From Eledone cirrhosa (lineage: Eukaryota), in NCBI GenBank assembly GCA_964016885.1, contig OZ024753.1, positions 34,038,001-34,102,000 of the forward strand: a DNA stretch of 64,000 nucleotides. The letters are read 5' to 3'. A program made the translations under genes and the position numbers. This document shows, in pieces, positions 46,347 through 63,645 of this stretch. The notes beneath the pieces were generated by a model that saw nothing but the letters and a program-made list of their open reading frames with translations, did not search any database and was not told where the DNA came from. How positions within the stretch are numbered: position 1 is the first letter of the stretch; each line of letters begins with the position of its first letter.

Positions 46347-46738
46347 CAGGTCTGTATGAAGAATCTAATCCATGCAATTTAACAACCATACAATCATGCA
46401 TCGCTATTCAAATCTTTCTAATATTCACATGAGTGGTTTAGACTGAGGCAACAATCTACGTATCTTTAGCTAATCAGTAATGTAATAAACCCAGCCACCT
46501 CCAACACACTCACAAATAATTAATGCTATAAAATATAGTAATATAATGGTTTATAATATCATACAACATTTCAATTATCTCGTTAACAAGAAGCCAACTT
46601 ATAAAATATCATATATTCTGATCATATCAAATCGAATTTCCTTAATGAATAACAATAAATATCGGATGATATTCCCAGATCTCTGTCAGATTAGACAATA
46701 TTTCATGATTCCCAAATGTCTTTTATTTGTTTCATCCA

Positions 46739-46804
<66 letters not shown>

Positions 46805-46869
46805 AAATTCATTTTGAATTTTTCAGAAAAATATAAGGTCAATATTTTAATTAACATGGAATATTATTT

Positions 46870-47080
46870 TATTAGTGTTATTAGAATCGTTTTGAATGTC
46901 GAACAAAATGCCACGCGGTATTTATTCGACTTTTTACTTTCTGGGTTCAAATTCTGTTGAGATTAATTTTGCCTTTTATCTTTCCGGAGTCAGTAAAATA
47001 AAGTATCAGTGAAGTGCCTGAGTCGATTTAATCTGCTAATCCACTCTCACAAAATTTCTGACTTAGTACCTATGTTAGAC
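46870..47080 (+). mobile_element. Older diverged relative of the same SINE (one representative)
   Basis: GGTTCAAATTC..TTTGCCTTTTATCTTTCCGGAGTC..AAAATAAAGTATCAG. Similar decayed copies at ~1140-1290, 5995-6125(-), 7460-7620, 9680-9800, 15720-15930, 28860-28975, 31750-31905, 33010-33162, 45175-45310, 57680-57750(-) and 63660-63775(-). Confidence 0.7.
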
Positions 47081-47462
47081 TACTACTACTTCTAGTGGTT
47101 TTGTGGTTAGGATATTCGACTAATAATAGTGAGGTAGTGAGTTCGATTCTAGGCGGCGCGTTGTCTCCTTTAGAAAGATACTTTATTTCACGTTATAATT
47201 TAAATTGGCTATTTCAGCAGAGTCCTGGTTTAAGTTTGATATAAACAACGATTTGCTATAATTCTCTTCATGAGCAGAAAATGTGAGTACTCGTCCTCTA
47301 AATAACAGCCAATAAGCAGATAACATTTATATACCCTACAACCTCCCAACCAATATTTTTCAGTGTTAATTCTCACGGCTTGGTGTATAATTTAAACAGT
47401 AAGTTCTCCTATTTTTAAATTATCTCGGATTTTTCATTATCTATCTACATATACACATGCAT

Positions 47463-47495
<33 letters not shown>

Positions 47496-47636
47496 GTTTT
47501 TCACGTAAATCATTTCTATATACATTTTATCTTTTATTTTTAGTATTTTTCTCTTGGGATTAAAAACTTAAATTTTCTATTCTACTCTAAAGCGGTTTTA
47601 GGTACCGATAACAGCTCTGTTATTTGTGTGTGTGTG

Positions 47637-47698
<62 letters not shown>

Positions 47699-48677
47699 AT
47701 GTGTGTGTTAGCATGTGTGTGGGTGGGGATTTCTCACGAATAAAATTTAGAAATAGAATTACATTTGTGTGACAATTGATTTTTATTGAATTATTACTTA
47801 ATTGAATTTACTTTTCTACAAAGGTAATGTAGATTATATAGTTATTTCTTTTCGCATGTAACAGCGTAGCATTTCAACTGAAACCATTGGAAAATACTTT
47901 AGCATTTCGATTTGCATCAGGCGTCCAATTATCTTGTGACTACCTTTGGGGAAAAGCTTCAATTTGCTTGCGAGAAAGTCGCTAAAGTAAAACAAAATGG
48001 AAATCTTATATTCCAGACAATAGTTAATCAAACAAATAAATATATAAAAATCAATCAATCAAGTTCAATGTTTAAAACACAAGAGAATGATAGATAGACA
48101 GAGAAATTGAAATAGACAGAGAAAAATGTACTTTTCTCTACTGCAATCAAGAGTTAGCTGGTGATATTTTTTATGTGGTTTTCTATTCTGTTTTCTATTA
48201 AGCATTTGACTGGTTTTACCTATAATCAGGTTTGCTCTGATTGTGGGTATAATGGGATTAAAATCATGTAAATCATTCCATTTGTATATGTAGTAAAAAG
48301 CAACACACCATGAATAGTCGTATTTGGTTTTATAACTGAAACCTATATGAATTTAGGACTATCGGATCGTAAACGTCTTTCTTCAGATAAAGTAAAGTAA
48401 TACAATACAAAGCTGATTTTATCACACAAAATGAATACAATATATAAGCAAAACTTTTACGATTTATTAAGTAACAATGTCTTGTCACCTTTTTCAAATT
48501 TATCGACGAAGTTTTCAGAAATATTCATCCAAACATATGCAAAGACGCTGAGAACATTCTCAAGCAGAGAACCTTCATATACTTATTAACTCTTGGGGGA
48601 AAAAAACAGGAAGCTAATTTTGTAGCTTCTAATATATATATATATATTTATATATATATACATACATATATATATAT

Positions 48678-49105
48678 GTTTCTTTTATTTGCCACCAGGG
48701 CATCAAAAGTGGGACAAGTACAATGGGGGGAGTTTACAAAACAAGGCGTCCTCAATAGGGAGGAGGCAATAACAATATATAAAAATAAAATAAAATATAA
48801 CAAAAAATAAAATTTATAACAAAGTCCTCAATAGAGAGGAGGTGCCTTGGGGGGGGGGGGGTCGCACACACCCCCGAAAAAAAAGTGTGCAACCCTTTTC
48901 CTCGGGAGCACAGAGAGGGGTGCTCCCTTGGTCTTTCATCTTCCTCACCTATAGTCTGATGTAGAGTGAAGGCCCATTCACACGGGCCATTCTCGCCACT
49001 TTCACCCATCTTTAATAAAAAACGGCTGGGGTGCAGCACCTCTCTCTCCATTCTGATCCTTCTTCCGAAATGATATCGGAAGAAACGGACCAGTTGTTGG
49101 CCAGA
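48678..49105 (-). mobile_element. 5'-truncated L1/Tx1-like LINE end inserted in a TA array
   Basis: [29 protein letters not shown] (frameshift) WVKVARMARVNGPSLYIRL*, then a GC-rich hairpin-forming 3' UTR and AATAAAAGAAAC before TA. Confidence 0.6.
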
Positions 49106-49136
49106 TACATATATATATATATATATATAGACATAC

Positions 49137-49167
<31 letters not shown>

Positions 49168-49308
49168 CATACATATATATTTATATATATATACATATAT
49201 ATATATATTTATATATACATACATATATATATATATTTATATATATATACATACATAAATATTTATATATATATACATATATATATATATTTATATATAT
49301 ATACATAC

Positions 49309-49339
<31 letters not shown>

Positions 49340-49416
49340 CATACATATATATTTATATATATATACATATATATATATATATTTATATATATATACATAC
49401 ATATATATTTATATAA

Positions 49417-49449
<33 letters not shown>

Positions 49450-49482
49450 ATATATATATATATATCTACATATATATATATA

Positions 49483-49580
49483 CCCTGATGAACGCACACC
49501 ATAATTTAACTTGGTGTCCTTGAAATATGTATAATGAAATAAATATGGTTTTATAAATATAGTTTCCATTTGTTAATATA
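49483..49580 (+). mobile_element. Family A fragment in a TA array
   Basis: Near-identical to 5047-5140 downstream of the ribozyme core. Confidence 0.7.
49485..49541 (+). ncRNA. Hammerhead motif (family A), 5' strand of stem I lost
   Basis: CTGATGA..ACACCA/TGGTGT..GAAA-TATGTA-TA-ATGAAATA; starts 2 nt after a TA tract. Confidence 0.65.
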
Positions 49581-49894
49581 TCATACCTACATATATATTT
49601 TTATATATATACATACATATATATATATTTATTTATATATATATATACATACATATATATATATTTATTTATATATATATACATAGATATATATATATTT
49701 ATTTATATATATATACATACATATATATATTTATTTATATATATATACATACATATATATATATATTTATATATATATACATATATATATACATATATAT
49801 ATATATACATATATATATTTATATATATATACATACATATATATATATTTATATATACATACATATATATATATATTTATATATATATACATAC

Positions 49895-49925
<31 letters not shown>

Positions 49926-49938
49926 CATACATATATAT

Positions 49939-50533
49939 ATACAAATATATTACACAGAGAGAAGTGTGTTATACAGTGAGATGTGTGTAAAGAATTATTA
50001 CATGTGGGTTTAACCGTTACTGTATGGAAAACAACACCTACAGGTTAGAAATTAGATAGAAAGAACCCTAAGTCAGAATCAAATATCCGAAGTAGAGTTT
50101 TAAATTACTAACTTTATAACTATAAGCTTGCTGATACGAATCTATTTCGTTTCACCACTGAAATGTGTAGCGTACAAAACCACAGGCTCCTCAGTCAGCA
50201 AGCGTGGAATTGCTCGTCACACATCTAGCCTTATAGATTCGTATCAGCAAGCTTATAGTTATAAGGTTAGTAATTTAAAACTCAACTTCGGAGCTTTGAT
50301 TCTGACTTAGGGTTCTTTCTATCTAATTGCTAACCTGTAGGTGTTGTTTTCCATACAGTAACGGTTAAACCCACATGTAATAATTCTTTACACACATCTC
50401 ACTGTGTAACACACTTCTCTCTGTGTAATATATTTGTATTTGAGCTCAGTTGAAAATTCTCTGTTCTTCTTTGAGCTAATATTATTATTACTGTGAACTG
50501 CGGAATACTCTAATTCCGATTCTTGTACATAGA
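49939..50533. mobile_element. Family F fold-back element (~207-bp inverted repeat) in a TA array
   Basis: Arms 49939-50145 and 50233-50439 with a few mismatches; 87-bp spacer holds the ribozyme 5' half; ~95-bp right extension. Confidence 0.8.
50126..50203 (-). ncRNA. Type I hammerhead ribozyme with a full stem III (family F)
   Basis: Minus strand reads GCTTGCTGA-CTGAGGA-GCC..TGTGG/CTACA..GGT-GAAA-CGAA ATAGA TTCG-TA-TCAGCAAGC. This gives a perfect 9-bp stem I, an intact core, a 5-bp stem III and a GUA cleavage triplet. Predicted cut is between 50135 and 50134. Confidence 0.9.
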
Positions 50534-50803
50534 CATATATATATTTATATATATATATACATACATATATATATATATTTATATATATATACATACTAAC
50601 CCATACAATCACTAATACTCTTTTATTCCTAATTAAACCATTTTTCAACTGTGAACAATTTGTCAGCATTTTCTATTCCGTTTACCAATATATAATAACT
50701 TGTGTGTTACACCTCTATTCTTTTAACTATACATACATATATATATATATTTATACACAGTTCAAGAGTTCTTGTTTTGCTTAACTAATGAATATATATA
50801 TTT

Positions 50804-50872
<69 letters not shown>

Positions 50873-50874
50873 CA

Positions 50875-50938
<64 letters not shown>

Positions 50939-51047
50939 CACATACATATATATATACATACATATATATATATATATATACACATATATATATATTTATA
51001 TATATATATATACATAGATATATATATATATAGATATATATATATAT

Positions 51048-51120
<73 letters not shown>

Positions 51121-51133
51121 TATATATATACAC

Positions 51134-51190
<57 letters not shown>

Positions 51191-51197
51191 ATATATA

Positions 51198-51230
<33 letters not shown>

Positions 51231-51256
51231 CTATATATATATATATATATATATAT

Positions 51257-51444
51257 ATAGGAACCAGTAAGACCCCGACAGCTGAGCTCAAGCCGTTTCG
51301 ACGGCTAATTCCAGAATTAGCCGTCGAAACGGCTTGAGCTCAGCTGTCGGGGCCTTACTGGTTCCTATTACCCACTCTACTACCTCAAGTATTGAGTACT
51401 TTGGTGCGTTATGGTCCACCTGGTTCCTTACCACATTTCCTTCG

Positions 51445-51445
<1 letters not shown>
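51257..51445 (+). mobile_element. Family D fold-back element
   Basis: 55-bp arms 51257-51311 and 51314-51368 (1 mismatch, 2-nt loop), then an extension matching the reverse complement of 8041-8120. Confidence 0.75.
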
Positions 51446-51489
<44 letters not shown>

Positions 51490-51547
51490 TATATATACAC
51501 ATATATATATTTATATATATATATACGTACATATATATATATATATT

Positions 51548-51591
<44 letters not shown>

Positions 51592-51638
51592 TATATATTT
51601 ATATATATATATATATACGTACATATATATATATTTAT

Positions 51639-51705
<67 letters not shown>

Positions 51706-51709
51706 TATA

Positions 51710-51744
<35 letters not shown>

Positions 51745-51765
51745 GTACATATATATATATATATT

Positions 51766-51825
<60 letters not shown>

Positions 51826-51993
51826 TATATATTTATATATATATATATATATATACACATATATATATATTTATATATATATATATATATATATACGTAC
51901 ATATAAGTATATATATATTTATATATATATATATATATATACATATATATACAATATTAAATAAATGGAAAACTATATTTATAAAACCATATT

Positions 51994-52059
51994 TATTTCA
52001 TTATATATATTTCGGGGATATCATATTAACAATATGTTATGCCTTCATCAGACAAAATA
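51994..52059 (-). ncRNA. Hammerhead motif (family A), inverted twin of 52168-52233
   Basis: Exact reverse complement within the 152-bp inverted repeat. Confidence 0.75.
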
Positions 52060-52167
52060 CAATATAAACAGTTTTATAGATAAATATATTCGACATACCG
52101 TAATAAACATCAACTTCATTTGAAGACGGTATGTCGAATATATTTATCTATAAAACTGTTTATATTG

Positions 52168-52233
52168 TATTTTGTCTGATGAAGGCATAACATATTGTTA
52201 ATATGATATCCCCGAAATATATATAATGAAATA
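52168..52233 (+). ncRNA. Hammerhead motif (family A)
   Basis: TATTTTGT-CTGATGA-AGG..CATATT gtt AATATG..CC-GAAA-TATATA-TA-ATGAAATA; 8-bp stem I with two G-U pairs and a palindromic helix/loop III. Confidence 0.75.
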
Positions 52234-52385
52234 AATATGGTTTTATAAATATAGTTTTCCATTTATTTAATATTGTAAATATACTCCAAATATTTGTCGA
52301 GTGCTTTTATATCAGTTATAAATATTTACTAGTTGTAACCCAACAATTTTAAATATAACTTTACATATACATATATATATATATT

Positions 52386-52417
<32 letters not shown>

Positions 52418-52435
52418 CATACATATATATATATT

Positions 52436-52473
<38 letters not shown>

Positions 52474-52540
52474 CATACATATATATATATTTATATATAT
52501 ATACATATATATATATTTATATATATATATATATACATAC

Positions 52541-52677
<137 letters not shown>

Positions 52678-52680
52678 ATT

Positions 52681-52712
<32 letters not shown>

Positions 52713-52804
52713 CATACATATATATATACATATATATATATATACACATATATATACACATACATACATACATACATACATACATACATACATACATACA
52801 TACA

Positions 52805-52835
<31 letters not shown>

Positions 52836-52855
52836 GTATATGTGTGTGTGTGTGT

Positions 52856-53075
52856 GTGTAAAGGTAAACAGAAATAACAACACAATCGGTACAATATATG
52901 GAAGGGATATATTAGGTTAACGCTTGATATAGCAGGAAGAAGGTCTTAACGTTTCGGACGCCAACCCATCATCAGAAGAAAGAATGAGAAACAAGACAGC
53001 TTGAAGGGACGGGCGGGTTGGAAATGGAAAAAACTTCTTTAGATAAAGATAACAGGTCCATTCATATTAGCACCT

Positions 53076-53078
<3 letters not shown>
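52856..53078 (-). mobile_element. Family C hammerhead mini-element
   Basis: Homologous to 46086-46315 over ~225 bp. Confidence 0.7.
52944..52979 (-). ncRNA. Minimal hammerhead motif (family C), second copy
   Basis: Minus strand TCTT-CTGATGA-T-GGGT tggc GTCC-GAAA-CG-TT-AAGA; stem II is retained through G-U pairs. Confidence 0.7.
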
Positions 53079-53125
<47 letters not shown>

Positions 53126-53373
53126 GATAAAAATGGAACACTCATCGTCGGAACCTACGGAGATCCACGCGCACACAAAACACACACAGAGACACTCGCA
53201 CACACACACATACACTCACACACGCACACACACACAACAGAAGACACATTACCGTCGCAAACATGTGAATATATTTACCTAGCTACTGTAAAGAATTTAT
53301 TTAGAAAATCTGCTATATATATATATATATATATTTCTACCAGCCGAAATACGATTCTCGCTGAATTTATATT

Positions 53374-53438
<65 letters not shown>

Positions 53439-53717
53439 TATTTACGTAATAAATAAATATATATATAAGTATGTATACGTACGTACATATATGTATACAG
53501 ACGTACAGTAGTATATACATATATATATATACATACATGCACACATATACATATATGTACGTCTGGATGCATGTATATGTGTGCATGTATGTATATATAT
53601 ATATTTACATACTACTGTACGTCTGTATACATAATATGTATGTACGTATACATACTTATATTTAAGTAACATCCGTACTAAGAGTGAGAAATGAAATTTC
53701 GTTTCATTTTTTCTGTT

Positions 53718-53779
<62 letters not shown>

Positions 53780-54449
53780 ACTTACACCATTCTCTATTGA
53801 TGATATATTTTATGTTCTTCCCTTGTAGATTATATATTATACGATGTATTCCCAAGTTACTACAGCATTCTCTGGTTCTCTATTGTTATCTTTACTTTAC
53901 TGTGTTTTGTTCTTATCATGTATTAAACTAAGCGCTTTGGTCAAAAACGAATATTATTGTAGTTGTGTCTATTTGTTTTCGTAATATTCTTATTTTTATT
54001 TTATTTCTTTACTTTTTGTTGTTTTTTTTATTTTGTTATTCTGATTCTTTTTTTTTTTTTCTGCTGATCTGGGATTTATTAGATTGCTGCTGCTGATGCT
54101 GATGCTGTTGGTGGTGATGGTGTTTTATTTTTATTTTATTTTATTTTACTTTATCATTTGTTTCTTGCTTTGTCTCATCGTTTTTGCCCTTTTCATTACA
54201 TTATTGAGCTTCGCATGCTTTGATCTTATATATGCTTTGAAGTTATATATGTATGTATATATATATATATATAAATATATATATATATATGAATGTATAT
54301 ATATATATATATATGAATGTGTATATATATATATGAATGTATATATATATATATAAATGTGTGTATATATATATATATGAATGTATATATATATATATAT
54401 GAATGTATATATATATATATGAATGTATATATATACATTCATATATACA

Positions 54450-54487
<38 letters not shown>

Positions 54488-54493
54488 TGTATA

Positions 54494-54582
<89 letters not shown>

Positions 54583-54681
54583 GAATGTGTATATATATAT
54601 ATATATGAATGTGTATATATATATATATGTATATGAATGTGTATATATATATATGAATGTGTATATATATATATGAATGTG

Positions 54682-54712
<31 letters not shown>

Positions 54713-54717
54713 GTGTG

Positions 54718-54751
<34 letters not shown>

Positions 54752-54899
54752 TGTATGTATGTATATATGTATATATATGTGGGTGACTTTTGACATCCTG
54801 CAGGACTAAAAACAAAACCTGTCAAAGGGCAAAGGAGCTCTTAAGAGTCAATGGCCATCCAAAATCACCGGGAGAAATGACCCCTTAGCCTTTGTCGAG

Positions 54900-55280
54900 G
54901 CAGAATTCTAGGAGAAGGAAGACTCTGATATAACACCGGCAACCCTGATGGTATCCAAGGATGTTGACTTGTTCTTCTTTTTGGTAAATATAATCTTGGT
55001 TAAGAGAGTGGGACTGGCTTTCGGCAGTGCCTTTGCTCACTATAAATGGTTCACGGCACAGGCATTGCTTTATATCTGGAGATCTCTCTGCACTTGTCGT
55101 CACATGGTACCATGGGCCCAGCACTATGTGTCAATAATTGTCACAAGTGTAGTGTTTGTACCAGAGTTTTCAAGTCGCTGGCTGGACTAAAAAGTCACAC
55201 TCGATCAGCGCATCGGTAGGGGTTCTCCTACATGGATATAAAGTAGTGGCCGTACTCGAAAACGTGTTGGCAGCCACCAT
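54900..55280 (+). mobile_element. LINE 3' end with a terminal C2H2 zinc finger (RTE-like)
   Basis: 55142-55219 reads HKCSVCTRVFKSLAGLKSHTRSAHR*, preceded by a WRSL motif; a short 3' UTR runs into (TA)n. The left boundary is uncertain. Confidence 0.6.
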
Positions 55281-55327
55281 ATATATATATATATATATAA
55301 TAAAGAAGAAATTAAAAGAGTTCCATA

Positions 55328-55395
55328 TATTTTATTTTGCGCATTTCGAATATAAAATCAGCCCGAGACAAAAAGTGTTTTCATCAGATAAAATA
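55328..55395 (-). ncRNA. Hammerhead motif (family B), inverted twin, probably inactive
   Basis: Minus strand TATTTTAT-CTGATGA...CGAAA-TGCGCA-AA-ATAAAATA; the conserved U of NUH is replaced by A. Confidence 0.6.
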
Positions 55396-55467
55396 AGGTA
55401 ACATGATATGAGACATAGTAACACTTTCCTGTAAACAAGTGCTATTATGCCTCATATCATATTACCT

Positions 55468-55537
55468 TATTTCATCTGATGAGAACACAATTTTTGTCCC
55501 AAGATGATTTTGTATTCGAAATGCGCATAATAAAATA
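55468..55537 (+). ncRNA. Hammerhead motif (family B)
   Basis: TATTTCAT-CTGATGA-GAACACAA..TTGTATTC-GAAA-TGCGCA-TA-ATAAAATA; palindromic ATGCGCAT helix/loop III. Confidence 0.75.
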
Positions 55538-56390
55538 TATGGATCTCTTTTAACCATCTTTTAATTTCTTCTCTATTATATATACTCCAGTTCTACCAAC
55601 TGTTGCGTGCTACTTATCTGATATATACATAGTTTTATTGTTCTACAATATTACTCATCTTCTATATATATAAAGTTGTTTTTTATTCAAAGTGACGCCA
55701 ACACACAAAATTGGATCACATCCTAGTTTCACTAGTTTAATTACACTGAACAAAATATATATTCATTTATCGCTTTTGCTTTTTGGATTGATTTTTTATT
55801 TATTTTTCTTGGTTTGTTTTTAGTTTCGTTTTTGCGTCGTTTTTTGGGGGGTTTTTTTGTTCTGCTTTTTGTTTATTTTTGGGTTGTTTTTTTTTTGTCA
55901 TCAGATTGTGTTACCGTAAAACAATTCCATCGAGGTTTCGGCGACTCAATACTACGAGACATCAAACTGTTACATCAAAAATATGCACAGCATATCATTT
56001 TATATCAGAATTGTTATCTTTCCTCGTATAGGAGATACAGTATTTGTTTCAATACGAATTGATCAAAGGCCACGCCGTAGTAAGCCTGATTGTATGAGTA
56101 TTGTCGAGTGAGTAGGATTTGAACTGACGATCATGGGGTCGTGGGTTCGATTCACGCTACGTCTGTGAAAAAAGCATTTTCTTTCACGTATATATATATG
56201 TGTGTGTTTATGTGTGCATGTGTGTGTGTTTGTGCGTGTGTAACAAGGGTAAATTTTTAGGCGAAGACTGATATGTTTTATAATATTTCAAGCTCAAACG
56301 TAATTCCACAATCAGAAAAAAAATTAATCTATTCCTCACAGGCATAATCCGTACAATATTAGGGATTAAACTTTGAGGAAATAAATCTGA

Positions 56391-57231
56391 CTGGGTGACG
56401 TACCCAGCTTCACCCGGGTAAACAGATGATAAGAGAAGACAGGTAAAAGAGAAAATGACTGTATTGGATGTTTGTCTGGTTACAGTATGATGCGAGTCCG
56501 TGGCGTCTGTGTGATACAAAAAACAGTAAAAGAAAATCTTCCAGGTATACCAGATTCTTCATTGTACCATTTGTGCATAGTATATGAACAATTCTAGGTG
56601 CTCCCACCTAGAATAGTGACCTCTAGGAGATGGTTCATCTTCTGCCTGGCTGTAAAACGTGTATCATTGCATAGACGTGGTTTTTCTACGTTTCTCAAAA
56701 GGATGATGGAAGTTCCAATCTTTTATATTATATGTAGATATACATATAGATAATTAATATAAAAGATGATGCTCAGCCAGTTCGTCTTCAACCATCGCAG
56801 CACGCCGTCGCTGCTTGGCACCAGTGTTTCGTTGGCGTTGTTCAGCCAGCTCCTCTTCATTGATGGCGGCACGTCTTCGCCTCTGAAGTTCGGCGTTGCG
56901 ATGGCGCTGTTCGGCCCGTTTTTCTTCATTCCTGGCTGCACGCCGTCGCCACTGTAGTTCACTGTTTGATAAAGTCGAATTGCTTTTACTTTCTGTGGAA
57001 CGCTGCACGCACGCTCACATACATAAATATACGCGCACGTACATACACACGCACACATGGTAATTGTTACAGCGTTTACTTTGCCTCTGTTTCTTACTCT
57101 ACACTCTCACTCCCTCATTGGCATTATGCATATTAATTTAAGTTTGGCGGAGTCGTTTGAAACCAATGAAACAATGACAATCGAGAATTATGACACACGG
57201 AATACTGACATTGTTGAAATTAATATATAGA
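56391..57231 (-). mobile_element. Non-autonomous (internally deleted) Helitron
   Basis: Minus strand A|TCTATATAT 5' end; subterminal hairpin TACCCGG gtgaag CTGGGTA then CCAG|T (degenerate CTAG); helicase C-terminal relic SR-VGAPRIVHILCTNGTMKNLVYLE at 56540-56615; R/E-rich repeat relic at 56754-57008. Confidence 0.75.
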
Positions 57232-57344
57232 TGTGTTGTATGAATGCAGATATATAATAATGGATAGAAATCCTTGATGTAAAAATTTAAGACATTTGAG
57301 ACGAATAAAACATCTTTGAATTATATCCACTTATATATATATAT

Positions 57345-57404
<60 letters not shown>

Positions 57405-57416
57405 AAGTGTATCGAA

Positions 57417-57665
57417 CTAGACAATCTGAGTTTGTGCTAGTGCGTTGAACTTTCCCACTCGCTCTATGAATTCACGGGACTTCACTTCCGAAGCGCCAGT
57501 CCGTGATTCAGAGGGTACACATTTACTTATTAGTGGTAACCTCAGGATTATGTACTGGTGTAAACAATTTAGCCCGGACCAAACGAAATCGTTGGTTTCT
57601 ACTCCGTCTCCTGTGCACTGCGCTGCAATAATTGCACCCAGTACACAGAAGCCACGCATCAAATT
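57417..57665 (-). mobile_element. Possible old L1/Tx1-like C-terminal fragment
   Basis: GC-richer island; weak resemblance (ETNDFVWSG..REFIERV) to the 48.9-kb element. Confidence 0.3.
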
Positions 57666-58124
57666 CAGAGTTTGAGTTGTAATTTATCTATCGACACCCA
57701 CAAAATTATGAAAGACAAAGTTGATCTCTCTCACCGAGATTTGAACTCAGTGCATTTATATGAATGCATGCATGAGTACGCTTGTGTACGAGTTTGTAAT
57801 TTAGAAAGTAAAACGAAAATAAGGAAGACATTTACTTTACAAATAAAATAAAATAAATAAAATGAAACTATACAACTCTGAAATGTATAGAGTTGATGTT
57901 TTGAAAATGTACTAATTCAGGATGAATTACAAATAAAGTAAAATTCTCAAAACATCTTTGAAGTCTGTTGATACTGGATATAGTAGAAAGATAAGAAATG
58001 CGCTCGTTACAATGATCTTAAAAATCTGAACTTTATCTTAAGTGCTGCGTTGACAGCCATTTCTAGAACCTTCTTTTATCCTATTTCTCTGTTTGTATGT
58101 GTATTTATTTACTACATATACTCT

Positions 58125-62216
<4,092 letters not shown>

Positions 62217-62704
62217 TGTAGAGGTCTGGACGTATTTAGTGTTGCGCAATGTATTCTGTTGACGTCAACAACTAATTTCGAAAAAAGCAAACATTACGGA
62301 GGTTCCTTTCCCACCATCTTAACACTATTATATACTATCACTTCTATTTTACATTGCTGTAAAAGAGTAATATCAGAGATTTATTTTCAAAGAGATTTTT
62401 TAAGAAGAAAATCACACACACAAACGTGGAAATATATTCAAAGGTTATTAAAGATGTTGTCTTGCTTTATAGGCAATCCTGTTCTTTTTAGTTCAATTGG
62501 ATAAATTATTTCTGAAGTCTTACTATACTTTCATGATAGATATAAAAAATAAAAGAACATATAGCCCATTGCTCAATCTTTAGGTATTTACTAAAACGTG
62601 AAATCTCTTTACGAATATATATATATTTTTTAAACTTCACATGAATTAAATCTGTCGATTGAAGCTATTTCTTTAAAACTATATTGATTTATTTCTACTC
62701 AGCA

Positions 62705-63065
62705 TAAAATGGTCGTGTAGGAAACACTAAAAAAACGCGGTAAAAAGGCTCCCAGTCGACGCTGTAAAGTGGTCGTTTAGGAGACACGGTAAAAAGGCTC
62801 CCAGTCCACACTGTAAAGTGGTTGTGTAGGACACACGGTAAAAAGGCGGCTTCCAGTCCACACTGTAGAGTGGTCGTGTAGGAGACACGGTAAAAAGGCT
62901 CCCAGTCCACACTGTAAAGTGGTCGTGTAGGAGACACGGTAAAAAGGCTCCCAGTCCATACTGTAAAATGGTGTAGGAGACACTGTAAAATGGCTCCCAG
63001 TCCACACTGTAAATGTGGTTTGTGTTAGGAAGAGCATCCAGCCGTAGAAAATCTGCCAGAAACAG
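62705..63065 (+). repeat. ~49-bp minisatellite (~6 units) running into a SINE-like segment
   Basis: Unit CGGTAAAAAGGCTCCCAGTCCACACTGTAAAGTGGTCGTGTAGGAGACA; the last unit continues GTTAGGAAGAGCATCCAGCCGTAGAAA. Confidence 0.9.
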
Positions 63066-63277
63066 TTCTGTACGAGCGAGACACGGTCTCCCGACCAATT
63101 ATGTGGTTCTAGATTATATTCTTTTATGTGACACTTTGAGCAAATAAATTTGCTTCGTCTGGGATTGAACTCTATACTTATGATGATGTTGTGGGAGTGC
63201 TCTCTTGCATATTATAATCTGGCGAAGCTCATTTCTTCAAGAAAGAGAGAGATAAGCAGACAGATAGTCAGACAGAC

Positions 63278-63645
<368 letters not shown>

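Larger units (their letters stand above)
51950..52365 (+). mobile_element. Family A fold-back element (152-bp inverted repeat plus 3' extension)
   Basis: Arms 51950-52101 and 52126-52277 look perfectly complementary; 24-nt spacer; TA arrays on both flanks. Confidence 0.8.
55293..55662 (+). mobile_element. Family B fold-back element with two opposed hammerheads
   Basis: Diverged inverted arms ~55293-55426 and ~55437-55584, then a 3' extension; TA flanks. Confidence 0.75.

Noticed and set aside
62705-63065. CRISPR-like regular repeat
   Set aside because: Units are contiguous with no unique spacers, there are no cas genes, and the context is eukaryotic.
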